58,283 nucleotides of DNA from assembly GCA_046351555.1 (NCBI GenBank), contig JAXLYI010000006.1:1-58283 (forward strand), read 5' to 3'. Positions 11,683 to 21,718 of this stretch are shown piece after piece. The notes below the pieces were generated by a model. That model had not been told where the DNA came from. It was given only the letters and a program-made list of their open reading frames with translations, and searched no databases. Numbering within the stretch: position 1 is the first letter of the stretch; every line of letters starts with the position of its first letter. The position numbers and the translations under genes are program-made. The stretch comes from Polyangiales bacterium. GTDB lineage: Bacteria; Myxococcota_A; Polyangia; Polyangiales; Ga0077539.

Positions 11683-12438
11683 ATGCTCGTCCTCGGCCAC
11701 CGCGGCGCCCCCCGGGAGGCGCCCGAGAACACCCTCGCCTCCTTCGAAGCCGCCCTCCGCGCGGGCGCCGACGGCGTCGAGCTCGACGTGCGCCTCTGCG
11801 CCTCGGGCGAGGTCGTCTGCTGCCACGACCCGACGCTCCTCCGCCTCGCCGGCGAAGACGTTCGGGTCCGAACGACCTCGTGGGAGTCCTTGCGCCGCAG
11901 CGACCTCGGCGGCGGCGCGCGCCTCTGCCTCCTCGACGACGCGCTCGCGCTCTGGGCCGCGCGCGGCGTGGTGAACGTCGAGCTCAAGCCCGACGACGTC
12001 GACGCGCCCGCCCTCGCCCGCGCGACCGTCGTCGTCATCACCCGCGCCCCACGCGGCGCGGTGATCGTCTCGTCCTTCGACCCCGCCCTCCTCGACGCCG
12101 TCGCCGCGCTCGCGCCGAGACTCGCGCGGGGTCAGCTCGTTCCGCCGTTCACGCGCCCCGAGGCGGGTGCGTGCCTCGCCGCGCTCGACCGCCCGGGCAT
12201 CGCCGCGGTGCACCCGTGGCATGGCGACGCGACGCCCGAGAGGGTCAGCGCGTGGCGGGCGCGAAGGCTCGACGTCAACGTGTGGACGGTCGACGACCCG
12301 GCGCGCGCGGCTGCGCTGCGCGAGGCGGGTGCGGCGATGGTGATCACCAACCTGCCCGGCGCGGTGCTCCCGTCAGTCCGCGTCGAAGGGGACGACGCGC
12401 GTCGACGCGAGGTTCGGGATCGCCTTCTCCAGCGCTGA
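11683..12438 (+). CDS. Glycerophosphodiester phosphodiesterase family protein
   Basis: GDPD N-terminal signature LGHRGAPREAPENTLASFEAA and VELDVRL, plus the C-terminal VNVWTVDD motif. Confidence 0.8.
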   Translation: MLVLGHRGAPREAPENTLASFEAALRAGADGVELDVRLCASGEVVCCHDPTLLRLAGEDVRVRTTSWESLRRSDLGGGARLCLLDDALALWAARGVVNVELKPDDVDAPALARATVVVITRAPRGAVIVSSFDPALLDAVAALAPRLARGQLVPPFTRPEAGACLAALDRPGIAAVHPWHGDATPERVSAWRARRLDVNVWTVDDPARAAALREAGAAMVITNLPGAVLPSVRVEGDDARRREVRDRLLQR

Positions 12439-13671
12439 GCGGTGCTCGCCCGCGGTCGCGACGACGGTGACGAGCAGGTCGTCGGGGCGGATGCGGCGGC
12501 GGAGGGCGTCGTTGACCTCGTCGAGGGTCACGGCCTGGACGCGGTCGACGTAGTCCTTGAAGTAGCGCTGCGGCAGGTCGAGCAGGCGCGTGTCGAGCGC
12601 GTGCCAGAGGCGCTTGGAGGCGGTGTCCGTCTCGAACGCGTAGCTCCGCGTGAGGTACGACTTCGCGAAGGCCAGCTCGCGCGCGCTCACGCCGGCCTCC
12701 ACCAGCTTCTTCACCATCTTGAGCTGGAGCGCGATGCACCGCCCCGCGTCGGCCGCCGCGGGGAACGTCCACATCGACCACGCGTCGCGCACCTTCTCGC
12801 GCCCGAGGCGGCTCGACGCGCCGTACGACCAGCCGCGCTTCGAGCGGATCTCGCGCATCAGCCGCGCGGTGAAGGTGCCGCCGAAGATCGTGTTGCCGAC
12901 CGTGAAGGCCATGTGGTCGCGGTCGCGCGCGCTCGTGCCGAGGGCCCCGATGTAGATCTGCGTCTGGGTGCGGGCGGGCTTGTCGACCAGCACGAGGTGG
13001 CGGCCCTTGCGGGGCGACGGCTCGGGCACCTCGTCGGGGCGCGTGGCGGCGGCGCCGAGGCCCGCGAGCGTGCGCGTCGCGAAGGCCTCGAGCTCGGCGG
13101 GGCGGATGTCGCCGGCGGCGGCGATCACCACGTTGTCGCGGCGGAAGGCGCGGCGCCAGGCGGCCTCGGCGTCGGCGCGGCTGAGGCGCTCCATCGAGCG
13201 GGGCGTGCCCTGCGAGGGGCGGCCGAAGGGGTGCGATTCGAAGAGCGAGCGGCGGAAGTGGCGGCCGGCGAGCGTGCGGTCGTCGTCGCGCGTGTCGATG
13301 ATCTCCGCGCGGATCTCGCGCGCCACCTGGGCCACCTCGTAGAAGGGGAGCGCGGGCTCGGTCACGATGTCGCCGAGCATGTCGAGGAAGGGCTCGAGGT
13401 TGCGGCGGATCACCGTCGCGTGGAGCATCGACGACGTCGGGTCGGCCGAGGTGCTGAGCTCGGCGCCGAGGCGGTCGATGAGGGCGTCGATCTCGTGGGC
13501 GGTGCGCTTGCGGGTGCCGCGGCGCAGGGCGCGGAGGCAGAGGTGGAGCGCGCCCTCGCGGTGCCGCGGGTCGTGGGAGGTGCCGGTCTCGGTGATGACG
13601 TAGACGTCGACGATGGGGAGGTCGTGCGACGACTCGACGTGCCAGCGCGCGGGGGTGCGGGGCGCCGTCAT
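12373..13671 (-). CDS. M16-family peptidase-like protein (lacks the HxxEH zinc motif)
   Basis: Pitrilysin-fold paralog immediately downstream of the catalytic M16 gene, with an ATGA start/stop overlap at 13668-13671. Confidence 0.8.
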   Translation of the reverse strand: MTAPRTPARWHVESSHDLPIVDVYVITETGTSHDPRHREGALHLCLRALRRGTRKRTAHEIDALIDRLGAELSTSADPTSSMLHATVIRRNLEPFLDMLGDIVTEPALPFYEVAQVAREIRAEIIDTRDDDRTLAGRHFRRSLFESHPFGRPSQGTPRSMERLSRADAEAAWRRAFRRDNVVIAAAGDIRPAELEAFATRTLAGLGAAATRPDEVPEPSPRKGRHLVLVDKPARTQTQIYIGALGTSARDRDHMAFTVGNTIFGGTFTARLMREIRSKRGWSYGASSRLGREKVRDAWSMWTFPAAADAGRCIALQLKMVKKLVEAGVSARELAFAKSYLTRSYAFETDTASKRLWHALDTRLLDLPQRYFKDYVDRVQAVTLDEVNDALRRRIRPDDLLVTVVATAGEHRSALEKAIPNLASTRVVPFDAD

Positions 13672-15032
13672 GCCGCCACCGCGCCGAGGTCGGAGCGGAC
13701 GAGCACCACCGTGCGGCGGTTGCGCAGGAGGTAGCGCGAGGCGACGTCGGCGACGCGCGCGGGGGTGACGGCGCGCACGGCCTCGAGGCGCGCGAAGCCG
13801 CCGCCGGGGTCGCCGAGGACGGTGTCGAAGAAGCCGATCTGCTCGGCCTTGCCGCCGACCGTCTCGAGGTTGCGGAGGAAGTTGAGCTCGTAGCGGGCGA
13901 CGGCGCGGTCGCGCTCGTCGGCGCCGATCGGGCGCGTGCGGACGCCGTCGATGGCGGCGTTGAGCGCGTCGAGGAGGCGCTGCGCGGTCACGCCCTCGCG
14001 GCCGGTGACCGACACCTCCCAGAGGCCCGGGTCGTGGAAGGTGCTCGTCCAGCCGACCACGTCGGCGGCCATCTCGCGCTCGGTGACGAAGTCGCGGTAG
14101 AAGCGCGACGAGCGGCCGCCGGTGAGGGCCTCGGTGAGCACGGTGAGGGCGGGGTGGTCGGGGTGCGCCATGCCGGGGCACTTGTAGCCGACGGAGACCT
14201 TGTCGGTGGGCGTCGGGTGGCTGAGGTTGACGACGCGCTCCTCGGTCTGCTCGGGCTCGGCGGGGAGGGCGAGGTCGGGGATGGCCGCGGGCTTGAGCTC
14301 GCCGTAGTGCTTGAGCAGCAGCGGGAGGAGGTGGGCGTAGTCGACGTCGCCGACGAGCACGAGGGTCGCGTTGTTGGGCGCGTACCACGTGCGGTAGAAG
14401 GCGCGGCAGTCCTCGGGGGTGAAGTTGAGGATGTCGTCCATCCACCCGATGGTGGGGTGGTGGTAGGGGTGCACGCGGAAGGCGTGGGCCCAGAGCTGCT
14501 CGGAGATGGTTCCCTCGACGTCGTCCTCGACGCGGTAGCGGCGCTCGTTGGCGACGACCTCCTTCTCGCTCGCGACGGGCTTCTCGCGGAGCACGAGGTT
14601 GTGCATCCGCTCGGCCTCGAGGCGCACGACGAGGGGGAGCTGGTCGCTCGGGACGTTCTCGTAGTAGTAGGTCCAGTCGTTCCAGGTGGCGGCGTTGGTC
14701 TCGGCGCCGGCGCGCTCGAGGAGCTGGTCGAAGCGGCCCGCGGGGAGCTGCTTCGTCTCGTTGAACATCAGGTGTTCGAAGAGGTGGGCGATGCCCGTCT
14801 TGCCCTCCCGCTCGTGCCGCGACCCCACGCGGAACCACGTGTTGTACGACACCACGGGGGCGCTCGTATCCACCAGCACGAGCACCCGCAGCCCGTTGCC
14901 GAGCGTGAGCCGCTCGACCGCGCCGCCGCCGAACGCGAACGTGCCGTCGTGGGTCACGTGCAGGCGCCTCGGGGCGCCCTTGTTGATCTTCTCGAGGACG
15001 GCCGCGAGCGCGGCGCGGGCCTTGGTCTTCAT
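13668..15032 (-). CDS. M16-family zinc peptidase (insulinase/pitrilysin-like)
   Basis: Inverted zincin motif HLFEHLMF (HxxEH) with a signal peptide-like N-terminus. Confidence 0.85.
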   Translation of the reverse strand: MKTKARAALAAVLEKINKGAPRRLHVTHDGTFAFGGGAVERLTLGNGLRVLVLVDTSAPVVSYNTWFRVGSRHEREGKTGIAHLFEHLMFNETKQLPAGRFDQLLERAGAETNAATWNDWTYYYENVPSDQLPLVVRLEAERMHNLVLREKPVASEKEVVANERRYRVEDDVEGTISEQLWAHAFRVHPYHHPTIGWMDDILNFTPEDCRAFYRTWYAPNNATLVLVGDVDYAHLLPLLLKHYGELKPAAIPDLALPAEPEQTEERVVNLSHPTPTDKVSVGYKCPGMAHPDHPALTVLTEALTGGRSSRFYRDFVTEREMAADVVGWTSTFHDPGLWEVSVTGREGVTAQRLLDALNAAIDGVRTRPIGADERDRAVARYELNFLRNLETVGGKAEQIGFFDTVLGDPGGGFARLEAVRAVTPARVADVASRYLLRNRRTVVLVRSDLGAVAA

Positions 15033-15039
15033 CCGCGGC

Positions 15040-15846
15040 CTAGAACGTCCCCGCCACGGCCACGCCGTCGGGGCCCACGCCGAAGTTCAACCGCGCCATC
15101 GGGGCGGGCTCCTCCACGCGGCGCGGGTGGGTGAGCATCCACACCGCGCCCACGGCCGCGCCGACGCCCGCGACGAGGCCCACCACGCCGACGATCCGGT
15201 ACGTCTCGCCCTGGCTGCGCAGCGAGTCCTGCAGCGGGCGCGGCGCGGCGGGGTTGGCGTAGGTGCTGGCGTTGTCGATGGCCACGCCGAGGAAGCCCGC
15301 GCCGACGGCCGTGAGCACGAGCGAGCCGCCCGCGAGGGCCCACGCGGCGGGCGACACCTGCGTCGTGACGCGCACGGGCGCGGGCGGCGGCGGGCACTCG
15401 CGCTGCGGCGGCGGCGGCGGGCACGCGGGGCACGCGACCTGGCGCGGCGGCGAGGGCTGGAGGTCTTGCTCGCCCATCTGCTGCGCGAGGGTGCGCGCGC
15501 GGCCGGCGAGCTCGGCGTCGGGGGCCGGGTCGGTCATCGCGAGCAGGTCGCGGAGCTGCGCGACGGCGCCGGCGTTGTCGCCCGCCCGCATGCGCGCCTC
15601 GGCCGCGTTGTAGAGCGTGAAGGGGTGCGGCCGCAGGCGGAACGAGCGCTCGAACGCCACCGTCGCCTCGGCGTACTGCCGCCGCTGGAAGAGCTGGAGG
15701 CCCTCGCGGTAGCGCGCGCGCGCCTCCTCGACGCGGGCCGGGTCTTCGCCCGCGGGCGTGGGCTGCTGCTGCGCGAGCGCGGGGGCCGCCGCGAGCGTGA
15801 GCGCGGCGGCCAGGGGGAGGGCGAGGGCGGTGGACTTCGGGCGCAC
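15040..15846 (-). CDS. Secreted TPR-like protein with a C-terminal membrane anchor
   Basis: Signal peptide MRPKSTALALPLAAALTLAAAPALA. TPR-like helices (YAEATVAFERS...YNAAEARMRAG). A Cys/Pro-rich segment CPACPPPPPQRECPPPP followed by a TM helix. Confidence 0.5.
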   Translation of the reverse strand: MRPKSTALALPLAAALTLAAAPALAQQQPTPAGEDPARVEEARARYREGLQLFQRRQYAEATVAFERSFRLRPHPFTLYNAAEARMRAGDNAGAVAQLRDLLAMTDPAPDAELAGRARTLAQQMGEQDLQPSPPRQVACPACPPPPPQRECPPPPAPVRVTTQVSPAAWALAGGSLVLTAVGAGFLGVAIDNASTYANPAAPRPLQDSLRSQGETYRIVGVVGLVAGVGAAVGAVWMLTHPRRVEEPAPMARLNFGVGPDGVAVAGTF

Positions 15847-15936
15847 GGGCGGGGATGTTGTCGCCGCCGCGCGCGGAGCGTCAAGGTCGGATTTCGCCCG
15901 CGCATCGAAGGACCGGACGCCCCGTCGACGGACTTT

Positions 15937-16467
15937 CTACCCCGCGACGTGGCGGCGGGCGAGGTCGACGTAGCTCTGCCAGCCCGAGGCGATCATCGCG
16001 CGGTCGCTCTCGCGCAAGGGCCGCACGGGCTTCGCGGGCGAGCCCACGTACACGAAGCCCCCCGGGAGCTTCGCGCGCGGCGGCACGAGCGAGCCCGCGG
16101 CGATCACCGCGTCGTCGCCGACCTCCGCGTTGTCGAGCACGATCGCGCCCATCCCGACGAGCACGCGATCGCCGAGGGTGCAGCCGTGGAGGATCGCCCG
16201 GTGCCCGACGGTGCAGTCGTCGCCGACCACGGTGGTGGAAATGTCCGTCGTCGCGTGGACGATCGCGCCGTCCTGGAGGTTGCTTCGCCGACCGAACCGG
16301 ATGGGCATCACGTCGCCGCGCATCACGGCGGAGAACCACACCGAGCACCCGTCGCCGAGCGTCACGTCGCCCACCACCGACGCGGTGTCGGCGACGAAGA
16401 CGTCTTCGCCGAACCTGGGCGACACGCCGTCGAAGGGCCGCACGATGCCGCGGACGACGGCCTTCAC
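15937..16467 (-). CDS. Gamma-class carbonic anhydrase / hexapeptide-repeat (PaaY/YrdA-like) protein
   Basis: Left-handed beta-helix repeats (VGDVTLGDGCSVWFSAV, VGHRAILHGCTLG, VGMGAIVLDNAEVGDDAVI). Putative GTG start overlaps the miaB stop. The start is uncertain. Confidence 0.7.
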   Translation of the reverse strand: MKAVVRGIVRPFDGVSPRFGEDVFVADTASVVGDVTLGDGCSVWFSAVMRGDVMPIRFGRRSNLQDGAIVHATTDISTTVVGDDCTVGHRAILHGCTLGDRVLVGMGAIVLDNAEVGDDAVIAAGSLVPPRAKLPGGFVYVGSPAKPVRPLRESDRAMIASGWQSYVDLARRHVAG

Positions 16468-17870
16468 GCGCTCACCACCGGCAGCGACACGCGGCGCCAC
16501 GACGGGGCGACGCGCGGCGGCGCGGGGCGGCGGACGGACTCGACGCGCCCCACCAGTGAGTGCTTGTTGGCGCGGAGCACCTCGGCGACCACCACGGAGC
16601 CCGCGGCGGCGTCGGGGCCCGCGGGGAGGTGGACGATCTCGTTGCCGCGCGTGCGGCCCACCACGGTGTCGGCGCCGGGGCGGCTGGGGCCCTCGACGAG
16701 CACCTCCACGCGCGTCCCGGTGAGCGTCGCGAGGTGCGCGCGGGTGAGGGCCTCGGAGGCTTCGAAGAGGGCCTCGATGCGGCGCTGCTTCTCGGCCTCG
16801 GGGACGTCGTCGCCGAGCTTGAGCGCGGGCGTGTGCGGCCGCGGCGAGTACTTGAAGCCGAAGAGCGAGGTGAAGCCCACCTCGCGGACGAGCGACAGGG
16901 TGGCCTCGAAGTCGTCGGCGGTCTCGCCGGGGAAGCCCACGATCACGTCGGTGGAGAGCGTCATGCCCGCGCGCGCTTTGAGCAGCGCGGTGACGCGGGC
17001 GACGTACTCCGCGCGGGTGTAGCGGCGGATCATGCGGCGGAGCACCCGGTCGCTGCCCGACTGGACGGGCATGTGGACGTGGGTGGAGAGCGCGTCGAGC
17101 TCGGCGTGGGCGCGGACGAGCGAGGGCGTGAGGTGGCGCGGGTGGGGCGAGGTGTAGCGCAGGCGGTCGAGCCCGGGGGCCTCGCGGACGAGCCGCGCGA
17201 GGAGCTCGGGGAAGCGGCTCTCGTCGGGGTCGGCGCCCTCGGGGAGCGGGGACTCGGGGTCGAGGTAGCTGTTGACCGTCTGCCCGAGGAGGACCACCTC
17301 GCGCGCGCCGCCGTCGACGAGGCCGCGTACCTCGGCGGCGATGTCGCCGGCGGGTCGGTAGCGCTCGGGGCCGCGGGTGTAGGGGACGACGCAGAAGGAG
17401 CAGCGCTCGTCGCAGCCCTTCATCACGGTGACGTAGGCGCTGGCCCCGACGGCGCCGGGCGCGACGGGGTTGGTGAGGAAGCGCGGCGCGTCGACGTCGA
17501 AGACGGTGCGGACGGCGGCGGGCGCGCCGAGCTCGGCCTCGCGCACGAGCGAGGGGAGCTCGTGGAGGTTGTCGGGGCCGATCACCACGTCGACGAAGGG
17601 GATGTCGCGGACGAGGGCCTCCCCCTCCTGCTGGGCGACGCAGCCCGCGACGACGAGCACCACGTCGCGCTTCTTCAGCCGGCCGGCCTCGGAGCGGAGC
17701 TTCTGCTCGGCCTTCTCGCGCACCGAGCAAGTGTTGAGGACGACGACGTCGGCGCCGTCGGGGTCGTGCGAGACGTCGTAGCCGGCGCCGCGCATGAGCT
17801 CCTCCATGCGCTGCGAGTCGTGGACGTTCATCTGGCACCCAAAGGTGACCATGGCGAGCTTGCGGGCCAT
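16464..17870 (-). CDS. miaB: Radical-SAM methylthiotransferase (tRNA-i6A37 methylthiotransferase family)
   Basis: N-terminal MTTase domain TFGCQMNVHDSQRM. Radical-SAM motif CDERCSFC. C-terminal TRAM domain (RVEVLVEG...VGRTRGNEIVHL). A RimO paralog cannot be excluded. Confidence 0.8.
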   Translation of the reverse strand: MARKLAMVTFGCQMNVHDSQRMEELMRGAGYDVSHDPDGADVVVLNTCSVREKAEQKLRSEAGRLKKRDVVLVVAGCVAQQEGEALVRDIPFVDVVIGPDNLHELPSLVREAELGAPAAVRTVFDVDAPRFLTNPVAPGAVGASAYVTVMKGCDERCSFCVVPYTRGPERYRPAGDIAAEVRGLVDGGAREVVLLGQTVNSYLDPESPLPEGADPDESRFPELLARLVREAPGLDRLRYTSPHPRHLTPSLVRAHAELDALSTHVHMPVQSGSDRVLRRMIRRYTRAEYVARVTALLKARAGMTLSTDVIVGFPGETADDFEATLSLVREVGFTSLFGFKYSPRPHTPALKLGDDVPEAEKQRRIEALFEASEALTRAHLATLTGTRVEVLVEGPSRPGADTVVGRTRGNEIVHLPAGPDAAAGSVVVAEVLRANKHSLVGRVESVRRPAPPRVAPSWRRVSLPVVSA

Positions 17871-17921
17871 TGCGGGGGGCGCAAAGGTGAGGGCAACGCG
17901 GGCGCCCGGTCAAGGGCGGCG

Positions 17922-18788
17922 CTACGGGTTGACGAAGGCCGGGCGCGATTCGAAGCGGAGCCCGACGGAGATCTGCCGGCACACGCCGCCCTCGTCAGGC
18001 GCGAGGTCGGCCATCAGCCGGAGCGTGGTGAGGAAGACCCGCTGGAGCTCGGCGCCGATGCCGTAGCGCTGGATCTCCGCGCCGAAGGTCTCGACCACGA
18101 TGCCGCCGCCCATCACGCCGGCGAGCGATCCGTCGGGCGCGACGCGGGCCCGCACCCGCGCGCCGTGAAGCGGCAGGATGAAGCGCGCGTCGAGGGCGGC
18201 GACCGGGAGCGGCAGGTCGAACGCGTCGGTCTCGAGCACTCCCCCGCGGATGCGCGCCGGGACGCGGGTGGGGCTCTGGGCGCGGTCGACGTCGAAGGTC
18301 TGGTCGGGGTCGATGCGCATGTCGCCGCCGACGAAGGGCATCCCGGTGACGCGGTAGAAGGCGAGGGTGACGCACTCGTCGTCGCGCGGGTCGTCGACGC
18401 CGTCGAGCGCGACCGCGACGAGGAGCTGGCCGTTGTTGATCGACGACTGGATGAGCCCGTCGAAGGCGCCGCCCGTCATGCCGTCGACGATGGGGAGGAG
18501 CCGCGCGACCTGGTTGTCGACCCCGCGCGTCCCCTCGGGGTTGGTGAAGTCGCCCTGGCGGCAGCCGACGAGGTCGCCGCCGGCGCTGACGTGGCCGTCG
18601 AGGTCGAAGCCGTCGACCACGTCGCCGCGCATGGGGTCGGCGCGGGCGAAGGCGAAGGCCGAGAGCACCACCGCGCGGCGCGCGCCCGGCGAGTTGCACG
18701 GCGCGCGCGGGGCCTCGGGGGCCTCGCCGCACGAGGCCGCGGCGAGCAGCGCGGAGACGGCGGCGAGCGTGCGAATGGCGCGGCGCAA
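17922..18788 (-). CDS. Hypothetical lipoprotein
   Basis: Signal peptide with lipobox LLAAASC. Long ORF with no recognisable catalytic motif. Confidence 0.5.
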   Translation of the reverse strand: MRRAIRTLAAVSALLAAASCGEAPEAPRAPCNSPGARRAVVLSAFAFARADPMRGDVVDGFDLDGHVSAGGDLVGCRQGDFTNPEGTRGVDNQVARLLPIVDGMTGGAFDGLIQSSINNGQLLVAVALDGVDDPRDDECVTLAFYRVTGMPFVGGDMRIDPDQTFDVDRAQSPTRVPARIRGGVLETDAFDLPLPVAALDARFILPLHGARVRARVAPDGSLAGVMGGGIVVETFGAEIQRYGIGAELQRVFLTTLRLMADLAPDEGGVCRQISVGLRFESRPAFVNP

Positions 18789-19121
18789 GGGAGAACCTCC
18801 GCGTGCGATGGGAGCGCGCGCGTGGCGTTTGTGTCAAGGCGCAAGCGAGGGGGGAGAGAGCGGAGGGAGGCTCAGGGAGGAGGTGGCGCGGGCGCCAGGA
18901 GTCGAACCTGGATGATCTGAGTGGGATCGCGTGGGCGAGGACATCCGCCTCACCCCATCGTCACTCGGTTAATGACCGCAACATTGACTGTGTCGTGCGC
19001 TACCGTTACGCGACGCCCGCGGGGCGCCTACCGTAGCCTCCGCGGGGGCGGTCGCGCAAGCCACGCGCCGGATGTTTCTCCTACGCGCCGCGGGGTGCGC
19101 TTGTGGTGTACTCCGCGCGCC

Positions 19122-20066
19122 ATGGCCCGCACCCCCGCACGCCCCGCCGCGCCGCGCGGCCCCCTCGTCGACGTCGCCTGGCTCGCCGCGCACCTCGGCG
19201 ACCCGAAGCTCCGCGTCGTCGACCTTCGCTGGTACCTCTCCGGCAAGACGGGCGCGACCGCGTACGCGCAAGGGCACGTCCCCGGCGCGGTGTTCGTCGA
19301 CCTCGAGCGAGAGCTCACCGGGCCGGTGGGCGTGGGGCGCCACCCGATCCCCTCGCCCGCCCAGTTCGAACGGGCGATGCGCGCGGCGGGTGTTTCAAAC
19401 GACACGCGCGTGGTGGTGTACGACGACGCCGGCGGGAGCGTCGCGGCGCGCCTCTGGTGGCTGCTCACGGGCTACGGCCACGCGCGCGTCCACGTGCTCG
19501 ACGGAGGTTACCCCGCGTGGGTCGAGCAGGGCCGCCCGGTCGAGACGGAGCCCGCTGCGGTGGCGCCTGGGACGTTCACCGCGAAGACGGACGTGCAGCT
19601 CCCGGCGGTGGACCGGCACCTCGTCGACGCCGTGCGGGGGCGCAGCGGCTGGGTGGTGCTCGACGCGCGCGTGCCCGAGCGCTACCGCGGCGAGGTCGAG
19701 CCCATCGACGCGCGCCCCGGCCACATCCCCGGCGCGCGCAACGCGCCCTGGACGGGCAACCTCGACGGCGGCCGCTTCGCCGACGCGAAGGCCCTCCGCG
19801 CCCGCTACCGCAAGCTCGGCGTGGTGCCGGGCAAGACGGTGGTCTGCTACTGCGGCTCAGGCGTGACGGCCTGCCACGACGTCCTCGCGCTCGCCCTCTC
19901 GGGCATCTCGGCCATCCGCGTGAAGCTCTACGAGGGGAGCTGGAGCGACTGGGCCCGCGACCCCGACCGCCCCGCCGCCCTCGGCGACGAGCCCGCGCCC
20001 GCGCCGAAGCAGAAGCCCGTCGCGAAGAAGAAGCCCGCGAAGAAGAAGCCCGCCGCGCGGCGGTAG
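19122..20066 (+). CDS. sseA: 3-mercaptopyruvate/thiosulfate sulfurtransferase (tandem rhodanese domains)
   Basis: Two rhodanese domains with active-site loop CYCGSGVTAC (the CGSGVTA form typical of MST). Lys-rich C-terminal tail. Start trimmed to the ATG at 19122. Confidence 0.85.
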   Translation: MARTPARPAAPRGPLVDVAWLAAHLGDPKLRVVDLRWYLSGKTGATAYAQGHVPGAVFVDLERELTGPVGVGRHPIPSPAQFERAMRAAGVSNDTRVVVYDDAGGSVAARLWWLLTGYGHARVHVLDGGYPAWVEQGRPVETEPAAVAPGTFTAKTDVQLPAVDRHLVDAVRGRSGWVVLDARVPERYRGEVEPIDARPGHIPGARNAPWTGNLDGGRFADAKALRARYRKLGVVPGKTVVCYCGSGVTACHDVLALALSGISAIRVKLYEGSWSDWARDPDRPAALGDEPAPAPKQKPVAKKKPAKKKPAARR

Positions 20067-20074
20067 TCGCACCG

Positions 20075-21718
20075 ATGCGCCGCCTCGCGCTCGCGCCCTT
20101 CGTCCTCCTCGCGTGTCGACCGCGCCCGAGCGCGCCGCCCGACGCGCGAACGCCCTCGCACACCAACGCGCCCGCGCCCGCCGCGCCGCCCGACCCGTGC
20201 ACGGGCGTCGGCAACCCGACGGCCGTCCGCCTCCCGCCCGGCTTCTGCCTGCGCCCGGTGGCCACGGGGCTGCTGCGCCCGCGGCAGATGGCGCTCGCGC
20301 CCGACGGCAAGGTGCTCGTCGCGGAGTCGGGCCCGGGCTGGCGGCGCAACCGCGGGCGCGTCTCGCTGCTCACGCGTCGCGCCGACGGGGGCTTCGACGC
20401 GACGCCGCTCACAGGCGCGCTCGACCGGCCGCACGGCGTGGCCTTCCGCGACGGGCACGTGTGGGTGGCCGAGGCTGGGCGCGTCGCGCGCTTCCCGTAC
20501 CCCGCGGGCGACGCCGCGGCGCCGGAGACGGTGGTGGGCGAGCTCCCGAGCGATGGCCGTCACGTCCACAAGACGCTCGGATTCGCGCCCGACGGGTCGC
20601 TCTTCTTCTCCGTCGGCTCGGCCACCGACAACTGCCAGCGCGACCGCGCGCGCGAGGTCGACGACCCCTGCCCCGAGCGCGAGCCCGTCGCCCCCGCCGT
20701 CGAGCGCGGCGTCGTGATGCGCTGGGACGCGCGCCGCCGCGCCGCCTCCGTCTTCAGCCGCGGGCTGCGCAACAACACCGGCTTCGCGTGGCACCCCGCC
20801 TCCGGCCGCCTCTGGGGCGTCGAGAACGCTCGCGACTACATCGACCGCGCCGACCCGTCGCTCTCCGACGCCGCCCTCCCGCACGACGAGCTCAACGAGC
20901 TCACGCGCGGCAGCGACCACGGCTGGCCCTACTGCTATGACGCCGACGTCCCCGCGCCCGAGTACCGCGCCCACCCCGAGCGCTGCCGACGCGCCGTCGC
21001 ACCCGCGGTTCTCCTCCCGCCGCACTCGGCGCCGCTCGCGATCGCGTTCTACACGGGCGCGATGTTCCCTGCGGCGTACCAGGGGCGCGCGGTGATCACG
21101 TACCACGGGTATCGCGCCGAGGGTCACCGCGTGGTGAGCGTCCCCTTCGGCCCCGACGGCGCGCCTTCGGGCCCGCCGGAAGACCTCGTCTCCGGCTGGG
21201 AGGAGCGCCCCGGCCGACCGCACGGTCACCTCACCGGGCTCCTCGTCACGCCCGAAGGCTCGCTCCTCGTGAGCGACGACGTCGCAGGGACGATCTACGA
21301 GCTTCGCTACGGCGCGAGCGCCCTCCACGCGCCGCCCCCGGTCGTGGTGGCCCCACCGCCCGAAGACCCCGCCGCGGTCGAGCGCCGCTGCGCCTCCCTC
21401 GCGAACCGGCGCGACCTCCTCGCGGCGGTGCAACGCGACGTCGTCGACGCGAAGTGCGTGAGCTGCCACGCGGCGTCGGCGGGCGGGCTCCTCCTGCGCC
21501 GGTGCGACACGGCGACGACCTGGGAGTCGCTCGCCCGCGGCCGCTCGGCGGTGTACGGCCACTACGTGGTGCCCGGCGACGTACAGCGCGGCGTGCTGCT
21601 GGCGCGGCTCCGCGGCGATTCGATGGGGCCGCGGATGCCGATGCAGGGCGTCGAGCTCACGGCCGGAGAGCTCGACGCGGTGGTCCGCTGGGTCGAGGCC
21701 GGCGCGCCCGCGCCCTGA
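20075..21718 (+). CDS. PQQ-dependent soluble sugar (glucose/sorbosone) dehydrogenase-like beta-propeller fused to a C-terminal cytochrome c domain
   Basis: Signal peptide MRRLALAPFVLLAC. YliI/Asd-family propeller motifs (GFAPDGSLFFSVGS, RNNTGFAWHP, HGWPYCY). C-terminal haem-binding motif CVSCH. Confidence 0.75.
   Translation: MRRLALAPFVLLACRPRPSAPPDARTPSHTNAPAPAAPPDPCTGVGNPTAVRLPPGFCLRPVATGLLRPRQMALAPDGKVLVAESGPGWRRNRGRVSLLTRRADGGFDATPLTGALDRPHGVAFRDGHVWVAEAGRVARFPYPAGDAAAPETVVGELPSDGRHVHKTLGFAPDGSLFFSVGSATDNCQRDRAREVDDPCPEREPVAPAVERGVVMRWDARRRAASVFSRGLRNNTGFAWHPASGRLWGVENARDYIDRADPSLSDAALPHDELNELTRGSDHGWPYCYDADVPAPEYRAHPERCRRAVAPAVLLPPHSAPLAIAFYTGAMFPAAYQGRAVITYHGYRAEGHRVVSVPFGPDGAPSGPPEDLVSGWEERPGRPHGHLTGLLVTPEGSLLVSDDVAGTIYELRYGASALHAPPPVVVAPPPEDPAAVERRCASLANRRDLLAAVQRDVVDAKCVSCHAASAGGLLLRRCDTATTWESLARGRSAVYGHYVVPGDVQRGVLLARLRGDSMGPRMPMQGVELTAGELDAVVRWVEAGAPAP

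Noticed and set aside
9306-12041. 911-aa minus-strand ORF spanning the tRNA, NTPase and GDPD region
   Set aside because: It reads through a tRNA gene and is out of frame with the motif-bearing NTPase ORF. It is a GC artefact.
15937-17982. 681-aa minus-strand ORF covering miaB
   Set aside because: It is an alternative frame through miaB. Only its 3' 177 codons correspond to the hexapeptide-repeat protein, which I annotated separately.
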